Assembly: GCA_022709865.1 (NCBI GenBank) | Contig: JAKLIA010000001.1 | Span: 127,591-191,590 of the forward strand | DNA from: Patescibacteria group bacterium | GTDB taxonomy: Bacteria > Patescibacteriota > Minisyncoccia > Portnoybacterales > GWB1-42-6 | Reading direction: 5' to 3' | Length of the DNA stretch: 64,000 bases | In this document: positions 37,983-46,905 of the stretch, piece after piece | Layout of the letters: each line of letters opens with the position of its first letter | Numbering within the stretch: the stretch's first letter is position 1 | Translations under genes and position numbers: made by a program | Notes under the pieces: model-generated | What the model was told of the DNA's origin: nothing | Seen by the model: the letters and a program-made list of their open reading frames with translations, nothing else | Database searches by the model: none

Positions 37983-39090
37983 ATGGAAAATATTAATTTT
38001 AAAAAAGAACTAGAAGCTTTAACTGACCGGATCCAAAAGATTCAGGACCGTCTTTGACTTGGCTCGCGACGCCAAAAGGATAACAGAGATCGAAGAGCTA
38101 ATGAAAGACGGCGAGTTCTGGCAAGACCATGAACGCGCCGGAAAATTGAGCCAAGAAGTGGCGGAGCTGAAAGAAACGCGCGAGAAATGGGAAGAAATTG
38201 CGCTAGCTGTGGAAATACTAAAAACCGATTTGGCGCAATACGAAATTGGCGCAAATGAGGAGCAGGATAAAAAAATAGCTAAAGAGTTCGGCACTTTAGA
38301 AAAAACTGTGGCTGGCGAGGAACGCAAAACTTTTTTTGCTTTTCCCTACGCTAAAAACAACGCTATTCTTTCTGTCTATTCGGGCGCCGGAGGAACGGAA
38401 GCCCAGGATTGGGCACAAATGCTTCTGCGCATGTACCAGCGCTATGGAGAGCGAGCGGGCTTTGGAGTAAAAGTTTTGCATACCCATGAAGGCCAGGAAG
38501 CGGGAATAAAAAATGCTACTTTGGAAATTAGTGGCGCGTATGCCTACGGCAATTTAAAGAACGAAAGCGGCGTGCATCGCTTGGTGCGCTTGTCTCCTTT
38601 TAACGCCAATAATTTGCGCCACACTTCTTTTGCTTTGGTGGAAGTGATGCCGGAAATGGAAGAAGCCGGAGACATTAAGATAAAACCGGAAGAATTGCGG
38701 ATAGACCTGTTTCGTTCTTCGGGCCCGGGCGGGCAAAACGTCAATAAAGTGGAAACCGCTGTGCGCATCACGCATTTGCCAACAGGCATTGCTGTGGCGG
38801 CGCAAAGCGAGCGCTCCCAAAGCGCCAATCGCGAACAGGCGATGAAAATATTAGTGAGCAAGCTCTCCCAAATAGAACGGCAAAAGAAGGATAAAGAAGT
38901 GGCGGGGCTTCGGGCGGATATCCAAACAGGCGAGGGCACGGCCGAATGGGGCGGGCAGATCAGGAATTACGTCCTTCATCCTTATAAACTTGTTAAAGAC
39001 CTCAGATCTGGGGTAGAATCAAAAGAGCCGGACGAAATACTAGGCGGAAAGCTTGATGAGTTTATTGAGGCGGAAATCAGGCTGAAATAA
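37983..39090 (+). CDS. prfB: peptide chain release factor 2 with a programmed +1 frameshift at CTT TGA C (38052-38058)
   Basis: Frame 0 from the ATG at 37983 encodes MENINFKKELEALTDRIQKIQDRL and then TGA; the +1 frame continues as DLARDAKRITEIEELMKDGEFW... and carries the SPF and GGQ motifs; this is the classic CUU-UGA-C RF2 autoregulatory site. Confidence 0.9.
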
Positions 39091-39104
39091 ACCTTAAAAA
39101 TTTT

Positions 39105-39782
39105 ATGATAGTTTTTCAAAAAGTTTCTAAAATATACGATGGTTGCACAGCTTTAAATAACTTGGATCTAACCATAAAGGCGAAGGAATTCGTTTCTTTA
39201 GCCGGCCCTTCCGGCGCTGGAAAATCCACTTTGCTTAAACTGTTGATCGGCGAAGAAAAGCCCACGCGCGGCAAGCTGTTTTTGGACAAGCAGAATATCC
39301 ATTTGATAAAAGAAAAAGATATGCCCAAGCTTCGGCGGAAGATTGGCATGGTTTTTCAGGACTTCCGTTTGCTGTCCGACCGCACCGCTTATGAAAACGT
39401 GGCTTTTGCCATGGAAGTGGCGGGCGCCACGGATAAAGAAATCAAACAAGATGTGCCCCAACTTTTGGAATTAGTGGGCTTGATTGATAAGTTAAACCAA
39501 TTTCCGCACCAGCTATCTGGCGGCGAAAAACAGCGCGTAGCGATTGCCCGGGCCTTAATTCATCGGCCATCGGTTATTTTAGCGGACGAGCCGACCGGAA
39601 ACTTGGACCTGCTTAACTCTTGGGATATTGTCCGTTTACTTTTAAAGATTAACGAACTTGGCACAACCATAATCTTGGCCACGCACGATAGGGAAATCAT
39701 CAACAACTTGGGCCGGCGGGTGATAACTTTAGATAAAGGGCGGGTAATCCGCGACGAAGAAAACGGGAGATATATCTTATAA
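39105..39782 (+). CDS. ftsE: cell division ABC transporter ATP-binding protein FtsE
   Basis: 225 aa; Walker A GPSGAGKST, LSGGEKQR signature and Walker B ILADEPTG; followed by ftsX. Confidence 0.88.
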   Translation: MIVFQKVSKIYDGCTALNNLDLTIKAKEFVSLAGPSGAGKSTLLKLLIGEEKPTRGKLFLDKQNIHLIKEKDMPKLRRKIGMVFQDFRLLSDRTAYENVAFAMEVAGATDKEIKQDVPQLLELVGLIDKLNQFPHQLSGGEKQRVAIARALIHRPSVILADEPTGNLDLLNSWDIVRLLLKINELGTTIILATHDREIINNLGRRVITLDKGRVIRDEENGRYIL

Positions 39783-39793
39783 ATAAAAAAATT

Positions 39794-40705
39794 ATGTTAA
39801 AAACCGCTATTTGGCGAATATTAAAATCAGGTTGGCAAAGCTTTATCCGCAACTATTGGCTATCAACCGCTACCGTGGCGGTGATGATTTTAGCATTGTT
39901 TGTGATCGGGGGGCTGGCGCTTTTTAACGTGATGACCCAGGCAATCGTGGAAAATCTTGAGGGCCGGGTGGACGTGAGCGTGTATTTTAATAAAGACACG
40001 GAAGAGGCCAAAGTTTTGTCGGTGCGGCAGGAATTGGTAGAATTGCCGGAAGTTAAAAGCGTGGACTATATTTCGCAAGATGAAGCTTTAAAAAACTTTC
40101 AGGAGCGCCATAAAGATAACGAGGTTTTGCTGCAAAGTTTGCAGGAATTGGACCAAAATCCGCTGGAGCCAAGCTTAAACATAAAAGCCAACGAAGCTTC
40201 GCAATACGAATCAATTTCCAATTATCTGGCGCAGGACAGATTTCAAGGGATAATAGATAAAATCAACTATAAGCAAAATCAGGATATCATTAACCGCTTA
40301 ACTCGCTTAACCGGTAATATCCAAATGGGCGGGTTATTGATCTCTCTATTTTTGGGATTGCTGGCGGTGTTGGTTTCTTTTAACACGGTTCGCTTGACTA
40401 TGTATACCTGGCGCGATGAGATTTCGGTGATGCGGTTCGTGGGCGCAAGCAATTGGTTTATCCGCGGCCCGTTTATGGTGGAAGGCGCGCTTTACGGGAT
40501 AATTTCTGCTATCACCACAATTATTTTAATTTTCCCGATACTTTATTTGATTTCGCCAAAAATCACCAACTTTTTGCCCGAAGTCGACTTGCTTTATTTC
40601 TATCAGGTCAATTTCTGGCAATTCTTGATTTTAATGTTCGGGGTTGGTATCTTAATTGGAGGCGTTTCCAGTCTCATCGCGATTCGCCGATACCTAAGAG
40701 AATAA
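39794..40705 (+). CDS. ftsX: cell division permease FtsX
   Basis: 303 aa; N-terminal TM, periplasmic domain and three C-terminal TM segments; position after ftsE. Confidence 0.85.
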   Translation: MLKTAIWRILKSGWQSFIRNYWLSTATVAVMILALFVIGGLALFNVMTQAIVENLEGRVDVSVYFNKDTEEAKVLSVRQELVELPEVKSVDYISQDEALKNFQERHKDNEVLLQSLQELDQNPLEPSLNIKANEASQYESISNYLAQDRFQGIIDKINYKQNQDIINRLTRLTGNIQMGGLLISLFLGLLAVLVSFNTVRLTMYTWRDEISVMRFVGASNWFIRGPFMVEGALYGIISAITTIILIFPILYLISPKITNFLPEVDLLYFYQVNFWQFLILMFGVGILIGGVSSLIAIRRYLRE

Positions 40706-40724
40706 TTCTTTTCGTTAATTATCG

Positions 40725-40758
40725 GCGACTAGCGATTAGTCGCTAGTCGCTATTTTAT
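40725..40758 (+). terminator. intrinsic terminator (perfect 11-bp palindrome GCGACTAGCGA-TTAG-TCGCTAGTCGC plus TATTTTATT)
   Basis: Read directly after the ftsX stop; the U-rich tract abuts the tRNA-Gln 5' end. Confidence 0.6.
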
Positions 40759-40829
40759 TGGGGAGTAGCCAAGTGGTAAGGCAACGGACTCTGAATCCGT
40801 CATCGGGGGTTCGAATCCCTCCTCCCCAA
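40759..40829 (+). tRNA. tRNA-Gln (anticodon CUG)
   Basis: Acceptor TGGGGAG/CTCCCCA, D stem GCCA/TGGT-like, anticodon stem ACGGA/TCCGT with loop CTCTGAA, T loop TTCGAAT; CCA not encoded. Confidence 0.75.
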
Positions 40830-40864
40830 CAAACGACCCCGCATTTGCGGGGGAGGCAGTTGGG

Positions 40865-40997
40865 GAGAGCGAGCCAACTGCTTGGCTCGCGTGAGGGATG
40901 AGAACGCCGGAGCGTTGCCGAGCCAGCAGGCGAGGCCGCGAGGCGGTGGTTAGGCCGAGGAGCGCGGCGGCGCGACGAGAGCCGAAACCGAATCCCG
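40865..40997 (+). repeat. GC-rich structured repeat element, copy B, immediately downstream of tRNA-Gln; homologous to 37748-37871
   Basis: Same conserved blocks as copy A; the hairpin GCGAGCCAA-CTGC-TTGGCTCGC carries a compensatory A:T to G:C pair change relative to copy A; preceded by an extra hairpin CCCCGCATTTGCGGGG at 40837-40853. Confidence 0.8.
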
Positions 40998-41002
40998 ACT
41001 TT

Positions 41003-41263
41003 ATGGCTTATTATACTTATATCCTCGAATGCGCCGATAAATCTCTGTATGTCGGCTGCACTAATAATTTAGAGAAAAGAGTAAAGGAGCATAACAATTC
41101 CAAGTGCGGTGCGCATTATACAAAAATCCGCCGACCGATTATTTTAAAATATTCGGAAAAATATAAAACATTACTTAAGGCGCGCCGGCGCGAAGCGGAA
41201 ATTAAAAGTTGGAGACGGGATAAAAAAATACATCTAATTAAATTTGGTAAACTTAAAACTTAG
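41003..41263 (+). CDS. small GIY-YIG domain nuclease (YhbQ/UPF0213-like)
   Basis: 86 aa from MAYYTYILECADKSLYVGCTNNLEKRVKEHN... with the GIY-YIG pattern (YtYIL, YvGcT, R, E, N); the ORF-track N-terminal extension back to 40898 reads through the repeat and is rejected. Confidence 0.7.
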   Translation: MAYYTYILECADKSLYVGCTNNLEKRVKEHNNSKCGAHYTKIRRPIILKYSEKYKTLLKARRREAEIKSWRRDKKIHLIKFGKLKT

Positions 41264-41300
41264 CCAGAACTAGCTCCTTCTATATTTTATTTGAACTGGT

Positions 41301-41858
41301 ATGATTATTGTAATTTTAATTTTTATATTATCTTTAACCTCTGGAATAATAGGGGCATATTTTATTTTTAAAGATAAAAGTCGACTTTTGGGCATATTAC
41401 TAATTTGTATAGCGATTGCTATTGCTTTTTTGGGTTTTTTATCGGATTTTATTTCAAGGCAACAAATTAACAGAATAGAAAAATATTCTAATATAGCGAA
41501 AATGATGCCTTGTGGTTCGGATACATGTATGGGAAAAGGACTTCATTTTACTGGTGGTCTAGGTGGTGATTTGGAGGGCACTTATATAATGACCGAAGAT
41601 AAGTTTACCTATAAATGCGACAAAGAATCGATAGATAAAATGATAAAAGTTACCAAAAATTATCCGGATTTTCCTTTTAGTTATTATAGTATAGCAACAT
41701 GTAAAAAAGATCGCGGAGAGGAAGGATGGAAAGAGTATGCTGAAAGAGCTATAGATATATTTGAAGAAACCACACAAATAAAAGATCATAATTCGGCACA
41801 CGATGAAGGACTAGAAGATTTAAAAAATGACTTGGACCCATTCGGTGGTCTCTTTTAA
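41301..41858 (+). CDS. hypothetical membrane protein (two N-terminal TM, Cys-containing soluble domain) in a strongly AT-rich segment
   Basis: 185 aa; the DNA here is far more AT-rich than neighbouring genes; CGSDTC and two further Cys; no family recognised. Confidence 0.5.
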   Translation: MIIVILIFILSLTSGIIGAYFIFKDKSRLLGILLICIAIAIAFLGFLSDFISRQQINRIEKYSNIAKMMPCGSDTCMGKGLHFTGGLGGDLEGTYIMTEDKFTYKCDKESIDKMIKVTKNYPDFPFSYYSIATCKKDRGEEGWKEYAERAIDIFEETTQIKDHNSAHDEGLEDLKNDLDPFGGLF

Positions 41859-41865
41859 GCTAATT

Positions 41866-42903
41866 ATGATTAGTCGGACTAATTTTATTTGGGGCATTAG
41901 CGCCGGAGTGGCGATAATAATTTTGGCAATAATTTCAGTATTTGCGATTTGGTCATTTCTTTTAAATGGAACGACTTTTTTTGGTTGGTGGAAAAATGAG
42001 GCGGTAATAATTAACTCGTCATCTATTCCATCACCTAGCGTAAGTCCTGAGGTGCAAGATGTTAAGCTTTTATTTTTTGGAGACCTAATGTTTGACCGGA
42101 ATATTCGGCAAGTTGCCGCAAAAAATGGCAATGATTTTATTTTTGCCCAAATTGCGCCTTGGCTGGCGGAAAATGATTTAGTGGTGGCAAACTTAGAAGG
42201 CCCCATAACAGAAAATAAATCCGTGAGTTTGGGTAGTGAGCCAGGGAGCACTAATAATTTTATTTTTACTTTTGACTCAAGCTTGGCGGGAGCTTTATTT
42301 AACAATAATATTCGGCTGGTGAACTTGGGCAATAACCATATTTTAAACTTTGGGCAGGCAGGGCTGGAATCGACCAAGCAATATTTAAATAGTGCGGGTG
42401 TTGGCTATTTTGGCGAGCCGGCTGGGCCAAGTTCAATTTCGCCAAACATTAAGAGTGTTGTAAAGAATATAAAAGGCGTAAAAATCGCTTTTATAAATTA
42501 TAATCAGTTCATCGGAAACGCGTCGACTGAACAAATAACAACCATTGAAGAAATAAAAAATATTAAAGCGCAGGCAGATATAGTGATCTTGTATGCGCAT
42601 TGGGGGATTGAATATGACAGCGCGCCAAATAGCGCGATTAAAAACTTAGCGCATAGCTTTGTGGAGGCTGGCGCGGATTTAGTTATCGGCTCGCACCCCC
42701 ATGTTGTCCAGCCGTCAGAAGAATATCTGGGCAAGAAAATATATTATTCCCTTGGCAATTTTGTTTTTGACCAATATTTCAGCCAGGCGGTCAAACAGGG
42801 GCTAGGAGTTATTGTAAAAATAAACAGCGCCACCAAACGCCTTGAGTTTGAAGAAAAAAAGCTGCTTTTGCAGGCTAACGGGCAGACGAGTTTATCAGAA
42901 TAA
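41866..42903 (+). CDS. CapA/PGA_cap family metallophosphatase-like protein (poly-gamma-glutamate capsule biosynthesis CapA homolog); start uncertain (the ORF track begins at 41827)
   Basis: N-terminal signal anchor, FFGDLMFDR, HWGIEY and GSHPHVVQP motifs typical of the CapA family calcineurin-like fold. Confidence 0.65.
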   Translation: MISRTNFIWGISAGVAIIILAIISVFAIWSFLLNGTTFFGWWKNEAVIINSSSIPSPSVSPEVQDVKLLFFGDLMFDRNIRQVAAKNGNDFIFAQIAPWLAENDLVVANLEGPITENKSVSLGSEPGSTNNFIFTFDSSLAGALFNNNIRLVNLGNNHILNFGQAGLESTKQYLNSAGVGYFGEPAGPSSISPNIKSVVKNIKGVKIAFINYNQFIGNASTEQITTIEEIKNIKAQADIVILYAHWGIEYDSAPNSAIKNLAHSFVEAGADLVIGSHPHVVQPSEEYLGKKIYYSLGNFVFDQYFSQAVKQGLGVIVKINSATKRLEFEEKKLLLQANGQTSLSE

Positions 42904-42924
42904 ATAATGGTATAATAAAAACAT

Positions 42925-44145
42925 ATGGAGATAAACTTTCCTTTAGGGTTTTTATGGGGCGCGGCAACTTCTTCCCATCAGGTTGAAGGCGGCAATATCA
43001 ATGATTGGAGCCAGTGGGAAAAAAATAACGCTGAGCGCTTAGCTAGCGAAGCAAAGAATAAGTGGCAATCTTGGCAGCAGGAAAAGTTTCCGGCTATGTT
43101 TGAGTTGCAAAATTATATTTCCAGCCAGGCTTGCGACCATTATAACCGCTGGCAGGAAGATTTTGATATGGCCAAGTCCTTAGGCCATAACGCGCACCGT
43201 TTTTCTTTGGAGTGGAGCCGCATTGAACCAAAGAAGGGCGAGTTTGACCAGGCGGCAATCGACCATTACAGCCAAATGATAAGCGGCTTGGGCAAACGGG
43301 GCATGGAGCCTTTTGTCACCATCAATCATTTTTCCTTGCCCCAATGGTTTGCCAATATGGGCGGCTGGGAAAGCCAGGAAGCGGTGCTTTGTTTTGGCAA
43401 GTTTGTTGACCACTTGGCTAAAACTTTGGGCCATCAAATAACCTTTTGGCTAACCCTAAACGAGCCCTGGATATATATTGTTAATTCTTATTGGCGGGGA
43501 GTTTGGCCGCCGCAAAAAAGGAGCTGGTGGCGATGCTTGCGGGTGTATAAGAACTTATTTAACGCCCATAAAACCGCCTATAACATTATTAAGAGTTATC
43601 ATCCTGAAGCTCAGGTGGGGCTGGCCGAGAACAATGTTTATTTTGAGGGCTGGCTAAGCGGACCGGCGCATTGGCTTGTTAATCGGCAATTTTTAAGCCT
43701 GTCGGGCCAGCGGCTGGATTTTATCGGCGTTAATTATTATTTTCATAATAAGATTAAGGGCTTTAATTTTAGAAAAAATGATAACCACCAGGTTTCCGAT
43801 CTTGGCTGGGAACTTTATCCAAAAGGGCTTTTTTATGTTCTGCGCCGCCTGAAAAAATACCGAAAACCTATTTATATCACAGAAGGCGGCTTAGCCGATG
43901 CCAGAGACTTGCAAAGGGCTAATTTTATTAAGAGCCAATTATTTTATATTTCCGAAGCCTTGGCGGAGGGGGTGGATGTGCGGGGGTATTTTTATTGGTC
44001 GCTGCTGGATAATTTTGAATGGGATAAAGGTTTTTGGCCGCGATTTGGGCTAGCCGAGATTGATTATAAAACGCAAGAGCGCAAGATCAGGTCGAGCGCC
44101 TGGGAATACGCTAAGATCTGTAAAGAAAATAAATTAATTATATGA
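42925..44145 (+). CDS. glycoside hydrolase family 1 (beta-glucosidase-like); nucleophile motif reads ITEGG rather than ITENG
   Basis: 406 aa; N-terminal FPLGFLWGAATSSHQVEGG, acid/base LTLNEPW, nucleophile region YITEGGLAD. Confidence 0.75.
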   Translation: MEINFPLGFLWGAATSSHQVEGGNINDWSQWEKNNAERLASEAKNKWQSWQQEKFPAMFELQNYISSQACDHYNRWQEDFDMAKSLGHNAHRFSLEWSRIEPKKGEFDQAAIDHYSQMISGLGKRGMEPFVTINHFSLPQWFANMGGWESQEAVLCFGKFVDHLAKTLGHQITFWLTLNEPWIYIVNSYWRGVWPPQKRSWWRCLRVYKNLFNAHKTAYNIIKSYHPEAQVGLAENNVYFEGWLSGPAHWLVNRQFLSLSGQRLDFIGVNYYFHNKIKGFNFRKNDNHQVSDLGWELYPKGLFYVLRRLKKYRKPIYITEGGLADARDLQRANFIKSQLFYISEALAEGVDVRGYFYWSLLDNFEWDKGFWPRFGLAEIDYKTQERKIRSSAWEYAKICKENKLII

Positions 44146-45041
44146 GCTGGCTATATTTTGCCCTGATAGGTTATTTTTTATACGCGGCAGTTACTATCGG
44201 CAATAAGTATTTATTGCGCCAAAGGGCCACCACCCGGCCCGTGGTTTTTACTTTTTGGGTTGGCTTGATGAGCGCGTTTACTTTTGTTCTGGCGCCTTTT
44301 GGCTTGCACTGGCCGGGCTGGAGTTGGGTGGCATTTGATATTTTGACTGGTGTTATATATTTCGTGGCGTTATTAGCTTATTACCGGGCGCTGGATATCA
44401 ATGAAGCTTCGCGCGCCGCCAGTGTGGTGGGCGGGCTGACGCCGGTCTTTGTGTTGCTGTTTGCCAATTTTTTTATCGGCGAAGCTTTGGGCTGGCAGCA
44501 ACTGGCCGCTTTTGGCTTTTTGGTCGTTGGCGGATTTTTAATCTCTCTGGAAAAAAAGCAGGGTGAAGTCCGCGAGGGGATTAAAGGATTAAAATCGGTG
44601 ATTGCCACGATAATTCTGGGTGCGATATATTTTGTGATGTTGAAATATCTTTTTAACCAGCAAGATTTTATTACGGGTTTTGTTTGGTCGCGCCTGGGGT
44701 TGGTGCTGGCGGCTTTGGCGGCGCTGCTTTATCCGCTTTGGCGTCGGGAAATAAAGCTTTCTTGGAGCTCGGCGACCAAAAGCCTTGGTGCGTTGATGGT
44801 TGGTATTAAAACTTTAGCCGGCTTTGGTTCGCTGTTTGTTAGCCTGGCGGTGGCGGCCGGTTCGGCTTCTTTGGTTAATGCTTTGCAGGGCGCGCAATTT
44901 GCCTTTTTATTTTTATTCACTCTTTTGCTTTCCCGGTTTTGGCCGGGAGTTTGCCGGGAAAAAACAAACAGCGCGATATTTTTGCAAAAAAGCCTGGCGA
45001 TTATTTTAATTTGCGTGGGCTTGGTTTTTGTGGCGATATAA
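44142..45041 (+). CDS. EamA/DMT-superfamily membrane transporter
   Basis: 299 aa, about 10 TM segments in two repeated halves; 4-nt overlap with the upstream gene. Confidence 0.6.
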   Translation: MSWLYFALIGYFLYAAVTIGNKYLLRQRATTRPVVFTFWVGLMSAFTFVLAPFGLHWPGWSWVAFDILTGVIYFVALLAYYRALDINEASRAASVVGGLTPVFVLLFANFFIGEALGWQQLAAFGFLVVGGFLISLEKKQGEVREGIKGLKSVIATIILGAIYFVMLKYLFNQQDFITGFVWSRLGLVLAALAALLYPLWRREIKLSWSSATKSLGALMVGIKTLAGFGSLFVSLAVAAGSASLVNALQGAQFAFLFLFTLLLSRFWPGVCREKTNSAIFLQKSLAIILICVGLVFVAI

Positions 45042-45052
45042 AACCTTAACCG

Positions 45053-46021
45053 ATGAAAAAGCGTTATATTTTTTTGATCATAGTTTTGGCGTTGGCCTGG
45101 GGGATTTGGTTCTTGGGCCGCCAAACGGCAGACCAAGAGCGTCCAATTGTTTGGGGCGCGACTTTCGAAAAAGATTTTGCCCAAAAGCTTGGCGTGAATT
45201 GGCCGGAAGCCTACTTGGCTCTTTTTGACGAGCTGGGAATTAAAAATATCAGATTGGCGGCGCGCTGGAACGTGGTTGAACCAAAGGACAACGAATACAA
45301 TTTTAAGGATTTAGATTGGCAGATAGAACAAGCGGCTAAGCGGGAAGTAAAAATTATTTTGGCAATAGGGCAAAAATTGCCACGTTGGCCCGAATGCCAT
45401 ATTCCAAGCTGGGCCGCTGGCAATCAGGAATCGCTCTTGGAATATATTGAAACGACAGTTAACCGTTATAAGGATAATCCGGCCATCAGCGCTTGGCAGG
45501 TGGAAAACGAGCCGTTTTTAACATTTGGCGAGTGCCCGAGTTTAGATGTTAAGTTGTTGGACGCGGAAATCGCTCTGGTAAAAAAATTGGATAGCCGGCC
45601 GGTTATTATTACCGATAGCGGTGAATTAAGTCTTTGGGTGGCGGCCGCTAAGCGCGCCGATATTTTTGGCACGACGCTTTACCGCTGGGTTTGGAATGAG
45701 TATTTGGGTTCGTATAAATACCCGATCCCGCCAAGCTTTTTTAGGATAAAAGAAAACATAGTGCGCTGGTTTGTGGGGCAAGAAAAGACTTTTATCGTGA
45801 TCGAGCTTCAAGGCGAGCCTTGGACCCATAAGCAGATCTATGAAATATCTCCGGCCGAGCAGATGGCATTGCTGCCAATAGCTGATTTTTCAGACACGAT
45901 AGAATATGCCAAACAAGCCGGTTTTGATGAATACTATCTCTGGGGGGCGGAGTGGTGGTATTATTTAAAAGAGCAGGGGCAAACACAATATTGGGATAGA
46001 ATTAAAGAATTGCTCAAATAA
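45053..46021 (+). CDS. secreted glycoside hydrolase, clan GH-A (GH5-like; ENEP acid/base motif)
   Basis: 322 aa; signal anchor; AWQVENEP motif and a later IELQGEPW candidate nucleophile region. Confidence 0.5.
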   Translation: MKKRYIFLIIVLALAWGIWFLGRQTADQERPIVWGATFEKDFAQKLGVNWPEAYLALFDELGIKNIRLAARWNVVEPKDNEYNFKDLDWQIEQAAKREVKIILAIGQKLPRWPECHIPSWAAGNQESLLEYIETTVNRYKDNPAISAWQVENEPFLTFGECPSLDVKLLDAEIALVKKLDSRPVIITDSGELSLWVAAAKRADIFGTTLYRWVWNEYLGSYKYPIPPSFFRIKENIVRWFVGQEKTFIVIELQGEPWTHKQIYEISPAEQMALLPIADFSDTIEYAKQAGFDEYYLWGAEWWYYLKEQGQTQYWDRIKELLK

Positions 46022-46036
46022 TTTAAAAGTTATTTT

Positions 46037-46894
46037 ATGCATTATTTAGGTTTTGACATCGGCGCTTCCAGCATTAAAGCGGTGCTGGTAAAAGATAGGG
46101 AAGTCGTTAAAAGCCGCGTTCAGGAACTGCCGGCTAATTTAGAAAGTTTTTTATTGGCGCTGGTAAAGCTTTATGCTGAGCTTATATCGGGCATCGGCCA
46201 CGAAGAATTGGGCGGTGCTGGTTTTTCCTTGGCTGGCGTGATGGACCGGGAGCGCCAGAGGATGCTTAAAAGCCCGAATATCAGTTATTTAAATAATCAG
46301 CCGATTCGGGAATTATTGGCCAGCCGGTTTCGGGGACTGCCGATAAAGATCGAGCATGACGCGCATTGTTTTTTGCTGGCGGAAAAAAATATCGGGCTAG
46401 CCCAAAACTTTAAAGATGTTTTTTATTTGACGCTGGGTTCGGATATCGGCGGCGCTTTAATGTTGAACGGAAAATTATATTACGGCGCGCATGGCGCGGC
46501 GGCTGAGGCGACTCATATGATAGTGGACATGACCAACGATTTGGAATGGGGAGAGCTGGGCGCCAATAAGTTTATTAAAAAAGTTTTAGGTGTGAACTCT
46601 CTTGAGGCGGAGAAAAAATGGCGCCAGGGAGATAAAAAAGCCGAAGAAACTTTTAAATATCTGGGCCAAAACTTAGGTGTGGGAATTGCTAATCTTATTA
46701 ATCTTCTTGATCCGGAAGCGATAATTCTAAGCGGAGGATTAAGCCCGGTCGCTGGGCTATTATGGCCCGGAATCAAGGCTGGTGTGGCTAAGCTGGTCAT
46801 TTCTCCGGTTGCGGCTAAAGAGACGCAGATATTATTTAGCACTTTGGGAAGGTTTGGTGGCGCGTTGGGCGCAGCCATGATGTTTGAAAAGTAA
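46037..46894 (+). CDS. ROK family sugar kinase (glucokinase-like)
   Basis: 285 aa; N-terminal LGFDIGASSIKAVLV ATPase fold, GxDxGG (LGSDIGGA) motif. Confidence 0.7.
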   Translation: MHYLGFDIGASSIKAVLVKDREVVKSRVQELPANLESFLLALVKLYAELISGIGHEELGGAGFSLAGVMDRERQRMLKSPNISYLNNQPIRELLASRFRGLPIKIEHDAHCFLLAEKNIGLAQNFKDVFYLTLGSDIGGALMLNGKLYYGAHGAAAEATHMIVDMTNDLEWGELGANKFIKKVLGVNSLEAEKKWRQGDKKAEETFKYLGQNLGVGIANLINLLDPEAIILSGGLSPVAGLLWPGIKAGVAKLVISPVAAKETQILFSTLGRFGGALGAAMMFEK

Positions 46895-46905
46895 AAAAGA
46901 AAAGT

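Noticed and set aside
40898-41002. N-terminal 35-aa extension of the GIY-YIG ORF (MRTPERCRASRRGREAVVRPRSAAARREPKPNPDF)
   Set aside because: This stretch is simply the GC-rich repeat element read in one frame. The Arg/Ala-rich composition is that of translated GC-rich DNA. The GIY-YIG domain begins at the Met at 41003.
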